Shown here: positions 54,701 to 62,853 of the stretch, in pieces
How the letters are laid out: the number at the start of each line of letters is the position of its first letter
Position numbering within the stretch: position 1 is the first letter of the stretch
Origin: Candidatus Omnitrophota bacterium
Lineage (GTDB): Bacteria > Omnitrophota > Gorgyraeia > Zapsychrales > Zapsychraceae
Length of the DNA: 64,000 bases
Direction of reading: 5' to 3'
Assembly (NCBI GenBank): GCA_028280285.1
Contig: JANQMA010000024.1
Span: 117 to 64,116, forward strand
The notes under the pieces: generated by a model
The model's input: the letters and a program-made list of their open reading frames with translations, nothing else
Database searches by the model: none
Told to the model about the DNA's origin: nothing
Position numbers and translations under genes: made by a program

Positions 54701-55025
54701 GTTAATTAAGGCCTATTTTGAAGAGTTAGGATTTGAAGGGGATTATGCGGAAAATGGGAAAATAGCGGTTGAAATGCTTAAAAATGATAACAACTATGAT
54801 TTATGTCTGATGGATTTACAGATGCCGGAAATGGGCGGGATTGAAGCGGCAGAGATTATCCGCAAAGATATTAGTAAGGATTTACCTGTTATTGCTTTAA
54901 CGGCATCTGTCCTGCAATCGGATCAGGACAGAGTGAGGAAGTCCGGGATGAATGATTTTCTGGCCAAGCCGATAGATATTGATAGTTTAAGAGAAAAAAT
55001 TCTTGAATACGTAAAAAAGAGCTGA
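51759..55025 (+). CDS. Hybrid sensor histidine kinase/response regulator (large periplasmic sensor, HAMP, PAS, HisKA, HATPase_c, 2 REC)
   Basis: H-box SHEIRTPMNSILGF. The kinase core is about 65% identical to 34420-37104. Confidence 0.85.
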   Translation: MKIRHKLIIGFLIIGIFLFFSGYFAFERTENFLLDSIGNDLEVFAHETMKSIDRSVYHRIEDFQVYTSELVLQKAVRQSNQIFAPMDDAQDFIDQKEQEWRSYGQDEVSPFMQTLIDNELSEELRQKIKSYNKRYAYPLFGEIFITNKFGANIALTSKTTDYRQDDEQWWQKAKEEGLFISQVEYDNSADMYSIEVCVRIDDTQGNFLGIMKAVLNVQYVFEILEDIAEEVNNEKLHGVTLDLKLIDQDLKYIYSTEEPYQFGDKVADEFILILKNVTVQEDTHWTAEGDAEDEDEELLAAVKSYGFKDYKGLGWILIVENEKRALWEPIKRLEYFLVTLLILLMATVFFAGLFLYRSIATPLAQLVDAAFRIGRGDVSARVTVRSNDEIGQLANSFNEMAQGLEKTTTSVDRLNEEITQRKKTEADLAEIARIPAENPNPIMRISKDGILLYANGAGHALLDMWSSQIGEMAFGDVQVLAYETFAENRTRNIEFKAADKVYMFYVVPLAEYGYVAMYAIDITDQKSVEKELVQSSGKLHGAHLATLSIVQDLKEEKSLAERLKDEAQSAAKAKSNFLANMSHEIRTPMNSILGFSDLLRKTKLDEKQEGYLKMVESSGKLLIGIIDDILDVSKLESGKIKLETVDFNLEDLIHEVFAMIVTRMKDKPFDTYVDIDDDVPVNVQGDPTRFKQILVNLLGNAVKFTQEGSIGVEVSLDARQKSQDSSTVNLLVKVKDTGIGIPKDKTELIFDAFSQADESTTRQFGGTGLGLAICKSLVEAMDGKIWIESEEGKGSTFLFTASLKVNDAAKSDKTDLSIKALEGMTVFIVDDNKIARKVMHKCCDTMGLKIFGEADSPQSALHKLDNLAEGRGIIPDFILCDIIMEGMDGFELAQKIKENKEYKHTKFIAVTADLEAESSEEAEAKVFDAFVNKPVNVKEMSKVITGLMGKKEDNQEKEEKGNTHDTGIKVLVAEDSISNQELIKAYFEELGFEGDYAENGKIAVEMLKNDNNYDLCLMDLQMPEMGGIEAAEIIRKDISKDLPVIALTASVLQSDQDRVRKSGMNDFLAKPIDIDSLREKILEYVKKS

Positions 55026-55107
55026 CTATTAATAAAATTAAAAAAGTAAAAGACAAAAGCATTTAATATTGTACAATTCAAATATCGAATAAAAGAGCAA
55101 GGTTAAG

Positions 55108-55437
55108 ATGAAAGAAGATTTTATCAAAGAAAAAAGTGCGCAGTTAAAGATTCCTGAGGCGGGGTTGGTGCGTGTTATGACCAGTGCCTTGAAAGAGACA
55201 GAAGAACAGTTATTACATTTAAATAATGCCGTTTCGAAAAGTGATTATAATGGCATAAAAAGCTTAGCTCATCGTATAAAGGGGTATTTATTAAATTTGA
55301 AAATTGATGCATTAGGCGGATTAGCTGATGAGGTCGATACGCTTGCCACCAACCAGGCGGATATGGGAGAGATAAAAGAAAAATATGAACACCTTAGGAC
55401 CGGGTTTGAGACATTCAAAAAGGAGATTGAGCTATGA
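55108..55437 (+). CDS. Hpt (histidine phosphotransfer) domain protein
   Basis: LAHRIKGYLLNLKI is the H-x-x-KG Hpt motif. Confidence 0.7.
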   Translation: MKEDFIKEKSAQLKIPEAGLVRVMTSALKETEEQLLHLNNAVSKSDYNGIKSLAHRIKGYLLNLKIDALGGLADEVDTLATNQADMGEIKEKYEHLRTGFETFKKEIEL

Positions 55438-55823
55438 GTAAATTATGGAGAACCCTGGTTGTTGATGACAGTGAAACAAACCGGCAGTTAATTAAAGAAT
55501 TTATTCATGGCAAGGCTGAGTGTGAAGAGGCCGAGGACGGCCTTAAGGCATGGAAACTTTATAATAAGACTATGCATGGTGAGGCCGCGCCCTATGATAT
55601 TGTTCTGCTCGATATTGCCATGCCGCGGATGGATGGGGTCAAGCTTTTGACCTTGATCCGCGAATTTGAGAATTTTGAGAAAAAAGAAAAACTACCTATT
55701 TTAGTCATCACAGCCCACAAAGAAAAGGTCGATGATGCTGTATCGGCTGGATGTGACGATTATCTTCTTAAACCGGTCAGTTCTGACGATTTACTGGCTA
55801 AAATGACCACCCTCATAAAATAA
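55434..55823 (+). CDS. Single-domain response regulator (receiver)
   Basis: TLVVDDSETNRQLI ... VLLDIAMPRMDG ... KPV. Confidence 0.8.
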   Translation: MSKLWRTLVVDDSETNRQLIKEFIHGKAECEEAEDGLKAWKLYNKTMHGEAAPYDIVLLDIAMPRMDGVKLLTLIREFENFEKKEKLPILVITAHKEKVDDAVSAGCDDYLLKPVSSDDLLAKMTTLIK

Positions 55824-55962
55824 CCTTCATTTCAAGCATCATATTTTCTAAATTATTGAAAATATTTGGTTTATGATTACTTTTGTGGACGCTCTTGACA
55901 AACCCCGAAATATAGTGCATATTTGAATAAAGTGGAAAAAACGGAAATAGAGGAGATAACGG

Positions 55963-56550
55963 ATGTCCGATCAAAGCAACCCAAAGGCATTAACCACATT
56001 TGATATTGCTAAACACTGCAATGTGACCCACAGGACCGTGCGGCAATGGATTTCGGATGGGAAACTGAAATCCTACCGGACTCCAGGTAAGCACAGCCGG
56101 GTGAGTGTGGAGGATTTTCTTACCTTTTTGAACCAATACGATATGCCTTTTCCAAAGGATATTTACGGACTTAAACAAAACAGGGTTCTGATTGTGGATG
56201 ATGATCAAGACACGGTCAAAATGATCAAGAAAATATTAGGGCAAAACGGTGACTTTGAAACAGAGACAGCCTATGACGGTTTTTCGGCCGGGACAAAATT
56301 TGCCGAATTTAAGCCTAATTTGATAACGCTTGATATCCGGATGCCGAAAATGGATGGATTTGCTGTTTTAAAGCAAATAAGAGAAGGTTACAAAAATAAA
56401 CATGTCAAAATTATTGTGATTTCCGGTGTTGTTGAAGAGCAAGAAAAAAAGGCGATTGAAAGGCTGGGTGCCAATGCGGTATTCAGTAAGCCGTTTGATC
56501 ATGATGTATTGATGGCAACGATTAGTGAACTGATGGAGACTGTGGTATGA
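55963..56550 (+). CDS. Response regulator with an N-terminal MerR/excisionase-type HTH fused to a receiver domain
   Basis: HTH LTTFDIAKHCNVTHRTVRQWISDGKL. Receiver VLIVDDDQDTVKMI ... LDIRMPKMDG. Confidence 0.75.
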   Translation: MSDQSNPKALTTFDIAKHCNVTHRTVRQWISDGKLKSYRTPGKHSRVSVEDFLTFLNQYDMPFPKDIYGLKQNRVLIVDDDQDTVKMIKKILGQNGDFETETAYDGFSAGTKFAEFKPNLITLDIRMPKMDGFAVLKQIREGYKNKHVKIIVISGVVEEQEKKAIERLGANAVFSKPFDHDVLMATISELMETVV

Positions 56551-57701
56551 AAGCAGAAGTATCAAAAAATTTAAGAACGACGCTGGCCAAGATGGAGGTG
56601 GCTTTAGGCTCTATTAAGGAAGCGATTGTTTGGGTCAACCGGGAAGGGGTGATTCAGTGGAGCAATACCTCATTCGATAATTTTATCGGGAAAGAACATA
56701 TCTATGTATTAAATGCAAGCTTTTATGAAATTTTTCCGCTTTATACGGTTGGGGGTAATGATTTACCGCAAGAAGAGCATCCTATTCATAATGTTTTTCA
56801 AAGCCAGGAAGATTATGAAGAGACGTACTTATTTTTGAATGATAATAAAATGTTTGAGTTAAATGTATCAGCATCTTATTTGAATTTTTCTGAAGAAGAA
56901 CAATGTGTGATCTTAACGATTCAGGATATTACTAAACGTAAACAAATGATGGCCAAGCTAGGCCGGGCGACTATGGAAACAGAACTCATGGAGGCTAAGG
57001 TTGCTATTCAAACTGAGTTTACCTCAACGGTGTCGCATGAGCTGCGTACACCGTTGGCATCCATTAAATCCTCGATTGATATTATTAATAGTGAGACTCC
57101 GGGGGCGTTGACAGATGATCAGAAAATGTTTTTAGGCAGGGCCAAGTCCAATGTCGACCGGTTAAACCGTTTAATCAATGACATTTTAGATCTGTCCAAA
57201 ATGGAATCCGGTAAAATTGATATGAATTTTGCCATGACGGATGTAAGTCAACTTGTTGGTGAGGTTATGGAGGGGCATGCGCCTGTGGCTAAGGATAAGA
57301 GTTTGAGCCTGGAAATGCAAATCGAGGCAGGGTTGCCCCGTATTTCTCTTGATCCCGATAAGATGATACAAGTGCTTAACAATTTAATCAATAATGCGAT
57401 CAAGTTTACAGACGCAGGTTCTATCAAGTTGTCACTTAATCATATGAAAGATGAGAAAGTTATACAATTCTGTGTGAGTGACACAGGTTTAGGTATTACA
57501 GAGGAGAATCAAGCAAAGTTGTTTGAAAAATTTCAACAAATCGGCGAGGCCGCGGATCAAATTGAAGGGACCGGTTTAGGGCTTGCCATATGCAAAGAAA
57601 TTATTAAACGGCATGGGGGGAAGATATGGGTCGAATCTGAATTAGGGGAAGGAACATCAATCTTTTTTGTCCTTCCTGTTGGTGAAAGGGAGGGCAGTTA
57701 A
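56547..57701 (+). CDS. PAS-domain sensor histidine kinase
   Basis: H-box VSHELRTPLASI and HATPase N/G boxes. Confidence 0.85.
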   Translation: MKAEVSKNLRTTLAKMEVALGSIKEAIVWVNREGVIQWSNTSFDNFIGKEHIYVLNASFYEIFPLYTVGGNDLPQEEHPIHNVFQSQEDYEETYLFLNDNKMFELNVSASYLNFSEEEQCVILTIQDITKRKQMMAKLGRATMETELMEAKVAIQTEFTSTVSHELRTPLASIKSSIDIINSETPGALTDDQKMFLGRAKSNVDRLNRLINDILDLSKMESGKIDMNFAMTDVSQLVGEVMEGHAPVAKDKSLSLEMQIEAGLPRISLDPDKMIQVLNNLINNAIKFTDAGSIKLSLNHMKDEKVIQFCVSDTGLGITEENQAKLFEKFQQIGEAADQIEGTGLGLAICKEIIKRHGGKIWVESELGEGTSIFFVLPVGEREGS

Positions 57702-57702
57702 A

Positions 57703-58485
57703 ATGGAAAAAAAGAAAAAAATTATGGTTGTCGATGACGATCAAGATCTAAGAAGCAATCTTCAATATCAGTTTGCGGCTAGAGACTATGAAGTTGTAAC
57801 GGCCAATGATGGATTGGACGGGCTTGAAAAGTTAAACAATTTTTCACCGGATCTTATGATTCTGGATTTGAACATGCCGAATATGGGCGGCATTGAACTC
57901 TATCATAAAATTTCCGAGGAGACCGGATCGCCCAAACATCCTGTGCTTATTCTTACTGCGAGGGCGAATACAAAAGAGTTATTTGAAAATTTTAATATTG
58001 ATGGATTTATCACAAAGCCGTTTGAAATTGATGACGTGATTAAAGAAGCGGGTATTATAATCGAAAAAAAGTCAAACACAGGTGTTTCTAAAGAGAAACT
58101 TAAAGCCCTTGAAGCGCGGGGCATTTTCTTTGTCGATAATGATCAGGAATCTTTTAACAAAGTCGGTTTAACTTTTTTAAATTCGGGATACAAAGTCAAT
58201 TCGGCGCAGACCGGCGCCCGTGCCATTGAAAAAATGATGATGGATCCGCCGGCACTGGCCTTGGTTAATCTCAGCCTCGAGGATATTTCCGGTGACATTG
58301 TTATTGAGAAGTTATTACGTATGCCTAAGACAGAGGACATTAAATTTATTCTTTATGTCCATCGCAATGGAGATCACGATCCCCATATTTTAGAAAAGAT
58401 GGGTGAGAAAAAAAGTATTCTTGGATGTGTTGAATATGTTAATCCGGATGAGCTGTTGGATGCGGTTAATAAGGCGTTTGCATAA
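57703..58485 (+). CDS. Response regulator with a canonical receiver plus a second, degenerate receiver-like domain
   Basis: KIMVVDDDQDLRSNL ... MILDLNMPNMGG; second half GIFFVDNDQESF ... LVNLSLEDISGD. Confidence 0.75.
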   Translation: MEKKKKIMVVDDDQDLRSNLQYQFAARDYEVVTANDGLDGLEKLNNFSPDLMILDLNMPNMGGIELYHKISEETGSPKHPVLILTARANTKELFENFNIDGFITKPFEIDDVIKEAGIIIEKKSNTGVSKEKLKALEARGIFFVDNDQESFNKVGLTFLNSGYKVNSAQTGARAIEKMMMDPPALALVNLSLEDISGDIVIEKLLRMPKTEDIKFILYVHRNGDHDPHILEKMGEKKSILGCVEYVNPDELLDAVNKAFA

Positions 58486-58496
58486 AGGAGGTTCAT

Positions 58497-58841
58497 ATGA
58501 CAATAGAAGAGATGAAAAAGATGGAAGATAAGACAGTTGTTGTCACCGATGAGGAAGGTGTGCTGACCTTTGTTAATGCAACATTTGAAAAACATTTTGG
58601 ATGGAGTTATGATGAAGCGGTTGGAAAGCCCATGGCGATGATCATTCCACAGAATTTGCGCGATGCGCATAACCTGGGTTTATCGCGTTTTCTTTCGACA
58701 GAGACTCCGACATTACTCGGAAAAACATTAACCCTTAAGGCGGTAAATAAGAATAATGAAGAATTTGATGCAGAGCACTTCATTATTGCGGAAAAAATCG
58801 ACGGTAAGTGGTTCTTTGGGGCAACTATTAAGCCGGTTTAG
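58497..58841 (+). CDS. Stand-alone PAS domain protein
   Basis: VVTDEEGVLTFVNATFEKHFGWSYDEAVGKPMAMII. Confidence 0.65.
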   Translation: MTIEEMKKMEDKTVVVTDEEGVLTFVNATFEKHFGWSYDEAVGKPMAMIIPQNLRDAHNLGLSRFLSTETPTLLGKTLTLKAVNKNNEEFDAEHFIIAEKIDGKWFFGATIKPV

Positions 58842-59931
58842 TTTGGCTTTTTTGCTCTTGACGGCCCACGCCTCTTTGGCGCCGGCACAGGTATCGTTTA
58901 AGGTTACAACCCTTGTGGAAGATTTGGATCAGCCGTGGGGTTTGGCCTTTTTACCGACGGGTGAGATGCTTATTACGGAAAAATCCGGACAACTGCGTTT
59001 GGTCAAAGACGGATCGCTTGACCCGCGTCCGCTCCAAGGTTTACCCGATGTTTATGTGCTTGGCCAAGGTGGGCTTTTGGATATTATCCTTCATCCTGAC
59101 TATTCCGAGAATAATTTGATTTATATTTCTTACTCCGCCGGCAATCCTATGGCTATTGGGACAGAGGTTGCCCGCGCACGGTTGAATCTTAAGGAACACC
59201 GCCTGGATGATGTTCAGGTTGTTTTCACCATGCAGCCTAAGCTTTATAGTCCTTATCATTTTGGTTCGCGTTTGTTGTTCGATGACGCAGGGTATTTGTA
59301 TATTACTTTGGGTGAACGGGGTCGTAAAGAAGGATCGCAAGACTTGACCAATCATCAAGGCGCTGTTATCCGCCTGCATGATGATGGTGCTATTCCACAG
59401 GATAATCCCTTCGTTCATGGACAAAAAGGAGAAAAGCCGGCGATTTATTCCTATGGTCATCGTAATGTGCAGGGGATTGCGTTGCATCCAAAGACACGCG
59501 CCATTTGGACGCATGAGCATGGGCCCCGTGGTGGTGACGAGGTCAATATTCTTAAACGCGGTGCTAATTATGGCTGGCCTATCATTACTTATGGGATTGA
59601 TTATGATGGTAGTGTTATCTCCAATGAAACCCGCAAAGAAGGTATGGAGCAGCCTGTACTCCATTGGACACCTTCCATTGCCCCATGCGGCATGATGTTT
59701 TATACGGGTAATCAATTTCCTGAGTGGAAAGGCAGTTTGTTTGTCGGGGCGCTTGCCAAACGGCATTTGCGACGTATTGAATTTGACGCCGATGGTCAAG
59801 TTTTACAGCAAGAACTTCTCTTAGAAGAACTTAGAGAGCGCATCCGCGATGTCCGCCAAGGACCCGATGGTCTTATCTATATTCTTACCGATAGCCGTAA
59901 CGGGCAGCTCCTTCGCTTAGAAAATAATTAA
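58756..59931 (+). CDS. PQQ-dependent soluble sugar (aldose/sorbosone) dehydrogenase, YliI/sGDH family. The start is uncertain (a TTG at 58816 gives a canonical signal peptide)
   Basis: PWGLAFLPTGEMLITEKSGQLRLV and beta-propeller motifs. The N-terminus overlaps the PAS gene in another frame. Confidence 0.75.
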   Translation: MKNLMQSTSLLRKKSTVSGSLGQLLSRFSLAFLLLTAHASLAPAQVSFKVTTLVEDLDQPWGLAFLPTGEMLITEKSGQLRLVKDGSLDPRPLQGLPDVYVLGQGGLLDIILHPDYSENNLIYISYSAGNPMAIGTEVARARLNLKEHRLDDVQVVFTMQPKLYSPYHFGSRLLFDDAGYLYITLGERGRKEGSQDLTNHQGAVIRLHDDGAIPQDNPFVHGQKGEKPAIYSYGHRNVQGIALHPKTRAIWTHEHGPRGGDEVNILKRGANYGWPIITYGIDYDGSVISNETRKEGMEQPVLHWTPSIAPCGMMFYTGNQFPEWKGSLFVGALAKRHLRRIEFDADGQVLQQELLLEELRERIRDVRQGPDGLIYILTDSRNGQLLRLENN

Positions 59932-60141
59932 GTAATGTGTCCCCTTAATTTAAATTTAAAAAAATGAAAATATTCTTGTTTTTTATTTTTTTCCAGTAAT
60001 AATAATTTTATAATTTTACGCAAATTATTGAAAATAAACATGATAGAAAAAAATCAGCTGTGGATCGAATAGGGTCAGTTAAGTAAATAAAGGTTGTTTG
60101 AGGCGTTTAACTTTAATTATTAATTGGGAGGAATGAAGAAA

Positions 60142-61026
60142 ATGCGACGATTAACGGCATGGATTATGGTATTTTTGTTTGTTTCGGCATCTTCGGTGCA
60201 TGCAGGTTTTTTGACACGCGGTTCGTTTAGTGAAGAAGGAGGATTTGAGCGCCGCTACATCCCGCCTTTAACCAACATCCTTTTTAATGAATCTCCTTAC
60301 ATAACCACAGAAGTGAGTCTCTGGTATTGGTATCAGGAAATTCCCGATGATAGTATTACGGCCGGTGGTCACATCAATTTAGGTGCTGCGCAGGCCCGCC
60401 TGGCTTTGACAGACCGTCTGGCATTTATTGCGACCAAAGACGGCTATGCCGATTTTAACTTTGGCACTTTACTTACTGATACTCATGGCTTTGCCAATAT
60501 TGCCGCAGGACTCAAATATGCCTTGGTGACTAAGCCGGAAGAGAATTATATTCTAACCGGCGGTGTGCGCTATGAAATTCCTATGGGGGATATTGATACA
60601 ACGGGTTTTGATTTTCAGGGGCATGGTTCAGGGTTACTTGATATATTCTTAAGTTCAGCCAAACATTGGGATAAATTCGGACTTCAGGGTAATCTAGGGA
60701 CCAATATTGCTATTGAAGAGGATAATACCACGCAAATGCATTATTCGATTCATGCGGATTATGAACTTTTTTCAAACTTTTTCCCGGTTTTGGAGTTCAA
60801 CGGCATTACGACAATTAAAAGAGGGGATAAAAATACGCTCAAAATTGAGGGGCATGATGTCTTAAATCTTGGATCAGGCGACTCTGGCACAACCCTTACA
60901 GCCGGTGTGGGTTTCCGTTATGTATTGGATGATAATTGGCAGGTTGGGGCGGCCTGGGAAAAGGCGCTTGCGCGTGATGATCTCATTGATCACCGGACCA
61001 GTGTGAACTTGCTGTTCGCGTTTTAA
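60142..61026 (+). CDS. Outer-membrane beta-barrel protein (MetA-pathway/phenol-degradation-like transporter family, tentative)
   Basis: Signal peptide MRRLTAWIMVFLFVSASSVHA. C-terminal LLFAF. SD GGGAGG 10 nt upstream. Confidence 0.55.
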   Translation: MRRLTAWIMVFLFVSASSVHAGFLTRGSFSEEGGFERRYIPPLTNILFNESPYITTEVSLWYWYQEIPDDSITAGGHINLGAAQARLALTDRLAFIATKDGYADFNFGTLLTDTHGFANIAAGLKYALVTKPEENYILTGGVRYEIPMGDIDTTGFDFQGHGSGLLDIFLSSAKHWDKFGLQGNLGTNIAIEEDNTTQMHYSIHADYELFSNFFPVLEFNGITTIKRGDKNTLKIEGHDVLNLGSGDSGTTLTAGVGFRYVLDDNWQVGAAWEKALARDDLIDHRTSVNLLFAF

Positions 61027-61302
61027 ATGCGTTATTTAGTGACTTATTTAACCTTAATTTTTTTGAAAAACAAATTATGTCTTTTCTTTTTGCATAAATT
61101 GTAATAGTATATGGAAAATAATGTAACCCATTTAATTGTAATTGGATAGAAAAATGTCAGGTTGCATTGTGAAAAATAATTAACCTAAGGTCCCTCGTCA
61201 CCACCAGTAAATTAAAGTGACTCGGGATTAATTCGCGTATTTAATTTACACGCCTTATCAGTTGTGTAAATTAAACGCTCATTAAAAGACAGAAAAGAGA
61301 TC

Positions 61303-62376
61303 ATGTGTATGAATCTTTTTGTTATCGGCATTAACCACAAAACAGCTCCCATTCAAATCCGCGAAAAATTTTATTTAAGAACCATTGAACAAGATTATCT
61401 TTTAAGTGAACTCAAAAGCTCGCCTTTTGTCTTAGAAACATTTGTCCTCTCGACGTGCAATAGAACGGAAATCTATATCAACTTTTTAGAAGGGTATGAA
61501 TATTGTGAGCCGGTTCTTAAGATTCTTTTTAATATTAAAAAGATTCCTTATAGTGAGAATTTATGCAAGAAATTTTATGTGTACCAACAGGAAAAAGCCG
61601 TCGATCATTTACTTCATGTTGCGACTGGTTTAGACTCGCTGGTTATAGGTGAGAAACAAATTTTAGGCCAGCTAAAAAAGACCGTGGAAAGAGCGCAAAG
61701 CAAACAGATGTTTCATAAAAGGTTTAATGTTTTGTCGAATATTGCCGTACGTGCCGGTAAAAAGGCACAAACAGAAACGAATATCAGTTATGGCGGCTCA
61801 TCGGTGAGTGGCGTGGCGGTGAAAATGCTCGAGGAGGAAATGCAATCGTTAAACGGTAAATCTGTCCTTATTCTTGGGGCGGGGAAGATGAGTGAGTTGG
61901 CGGCAGACCGTCTGGCTGATAAGGGGCTTAATGAAGTATTTGTGATGAATAGAAGTTTGGATAAGGCCAAAAGGCTTGCGAAAAAGCTTTCGGCCAAGGC
62001 ATGCCCGTTTTTTAACCTGCGTGAAGTGCTCATCAATGTTGATGCTTGTATTTGCTCGACCGGCGCCCCGCATTTTGTCATCGAAAAAGATATTATGCAA
62101 AATATTGTTGCTGAGCGTGAGGGAAGAAAACTTGTTTTAATCGATATATCTATGCCACGTAACATCGATCCGCGCATTGGCAAATTCAAAGATATCTTTC
62201 TCTATTCTATTGATGATTTAAATAAGGTGATTGAAGCTAATATGGCCAAACGGTTAAAAGCCGTCGAAGATGTGAAAGCTATTATTGCGGCCAAACAAAA
62301 AGAATTTTATCAAAAAATGAATAAATTAACTGCATTGGATAATAGACACAGTGTTCAAACAGCGGCAGTAAAGTAG
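61303..62376 (+). CDS. hemA: Glutamyl-tRNA reductase
   Basis: VIGINHKTAPIQIREKF, catalytic LSTCNRTEIY, and NADPH-binding GAGKMSELAADRL. Confidence 0.85.
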   Translation: MCMNLFVIGINHKTAPIQIREKFYLRTIEQDYLLSELKSSPFVLETFVLSTCNRTEIYINFLEGYEYCEPVLKILFNIKKIPYSENLCKKFYVYQQEKAVDHLLHVATGLDSLVIGEKQILGQLKKTVERAQSKQMFHKRFNVLSNIAVRAGKKAQTETNISYGGSSVSGVAVKMLEEEMQSLNGKSVLILGAGKMSELAADRLADKGLNEVFVMNRSLDKAKRLAKKLSAKACPFFNLREVLINVDACICSTGAPHFVIEKDIMQNIVAEREGRKLVLIDISMPRNIDPRIGKFKDIFLYSIDDLNKVIEANMAKRLKAVEDVKAIIAAKQKEFYQKMNKLTALDNRHSVQTAAVK

Positions 62377-62402
62377 GCAAGCGATAAAAAAGGGGTGTTT
62401 CC

Positions 62403-62810
62403 ATGGCGTTAAATATTGAATTACTCAGATCAAGTTTCAAAGCTGTGTCTCACAAAGCCGAAAGGCTGATCGAAAGATTTTATGAGATTTTGTTTGAACG
62501 TTATCCCGACGTGCAACCACTTTTTGCCACAGCACGCATGGAAGAGCAGCGAAAGATGTTACTCAGATCAATTGCACTGATTGTCCGCAAGGTTGATGAT
62601 ACGGAGTATCTTGTTCCTTATCTGCAAGGATTAGGCAAGACACATGTGGCTTACGGCACCAAACCGGAACATTATGACGCAGTAGGCGAATGTTTAATCG
62701 CCGCGCTTTCTGAGACGGCAGGTGAGCTTTGGACCAAAGAGATGGAAGAAACATGGGTCGAGGCCTACGGCGTTATTAAAACAACGATGATCGAAGGAGC
62801 GAATTACTAA
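62403..62810 (+). CDS. Single-domain (3-on-3) globin, Vgb/Hmp-globin-domain-like
   Basis: FYEILFERYPDVQPLF ... proximal-His region LGKTHVAYGTKPEHYDAVGECLIAAL ... W ... AY pattern of the bacterial globin domain. Confidence 0.7.
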   Translation: MALNIELLRSSFKAVSHKAERLIERFYEILFERYPDVQPLFATARMEEQRKMLLRSIALIVRKVDDTEYLVPYLQGLGKTHVAYGTKPEHYDAVGECLIAALSETAGELWTKEMEETWVEAYGVIKTTMIEGANY

Positions 62811-62853
62811 GGCGTAAGTGTTATTAATTTAAGAATGTTCTGGTTTGCCTGTT

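Noticed and set aside
59041-59799. 252-aa minus-strand ORF
   Set aside because: It is entirely antisense to the well-supported PQQ-dehydrogenase gene and has no domain signal. Spurious
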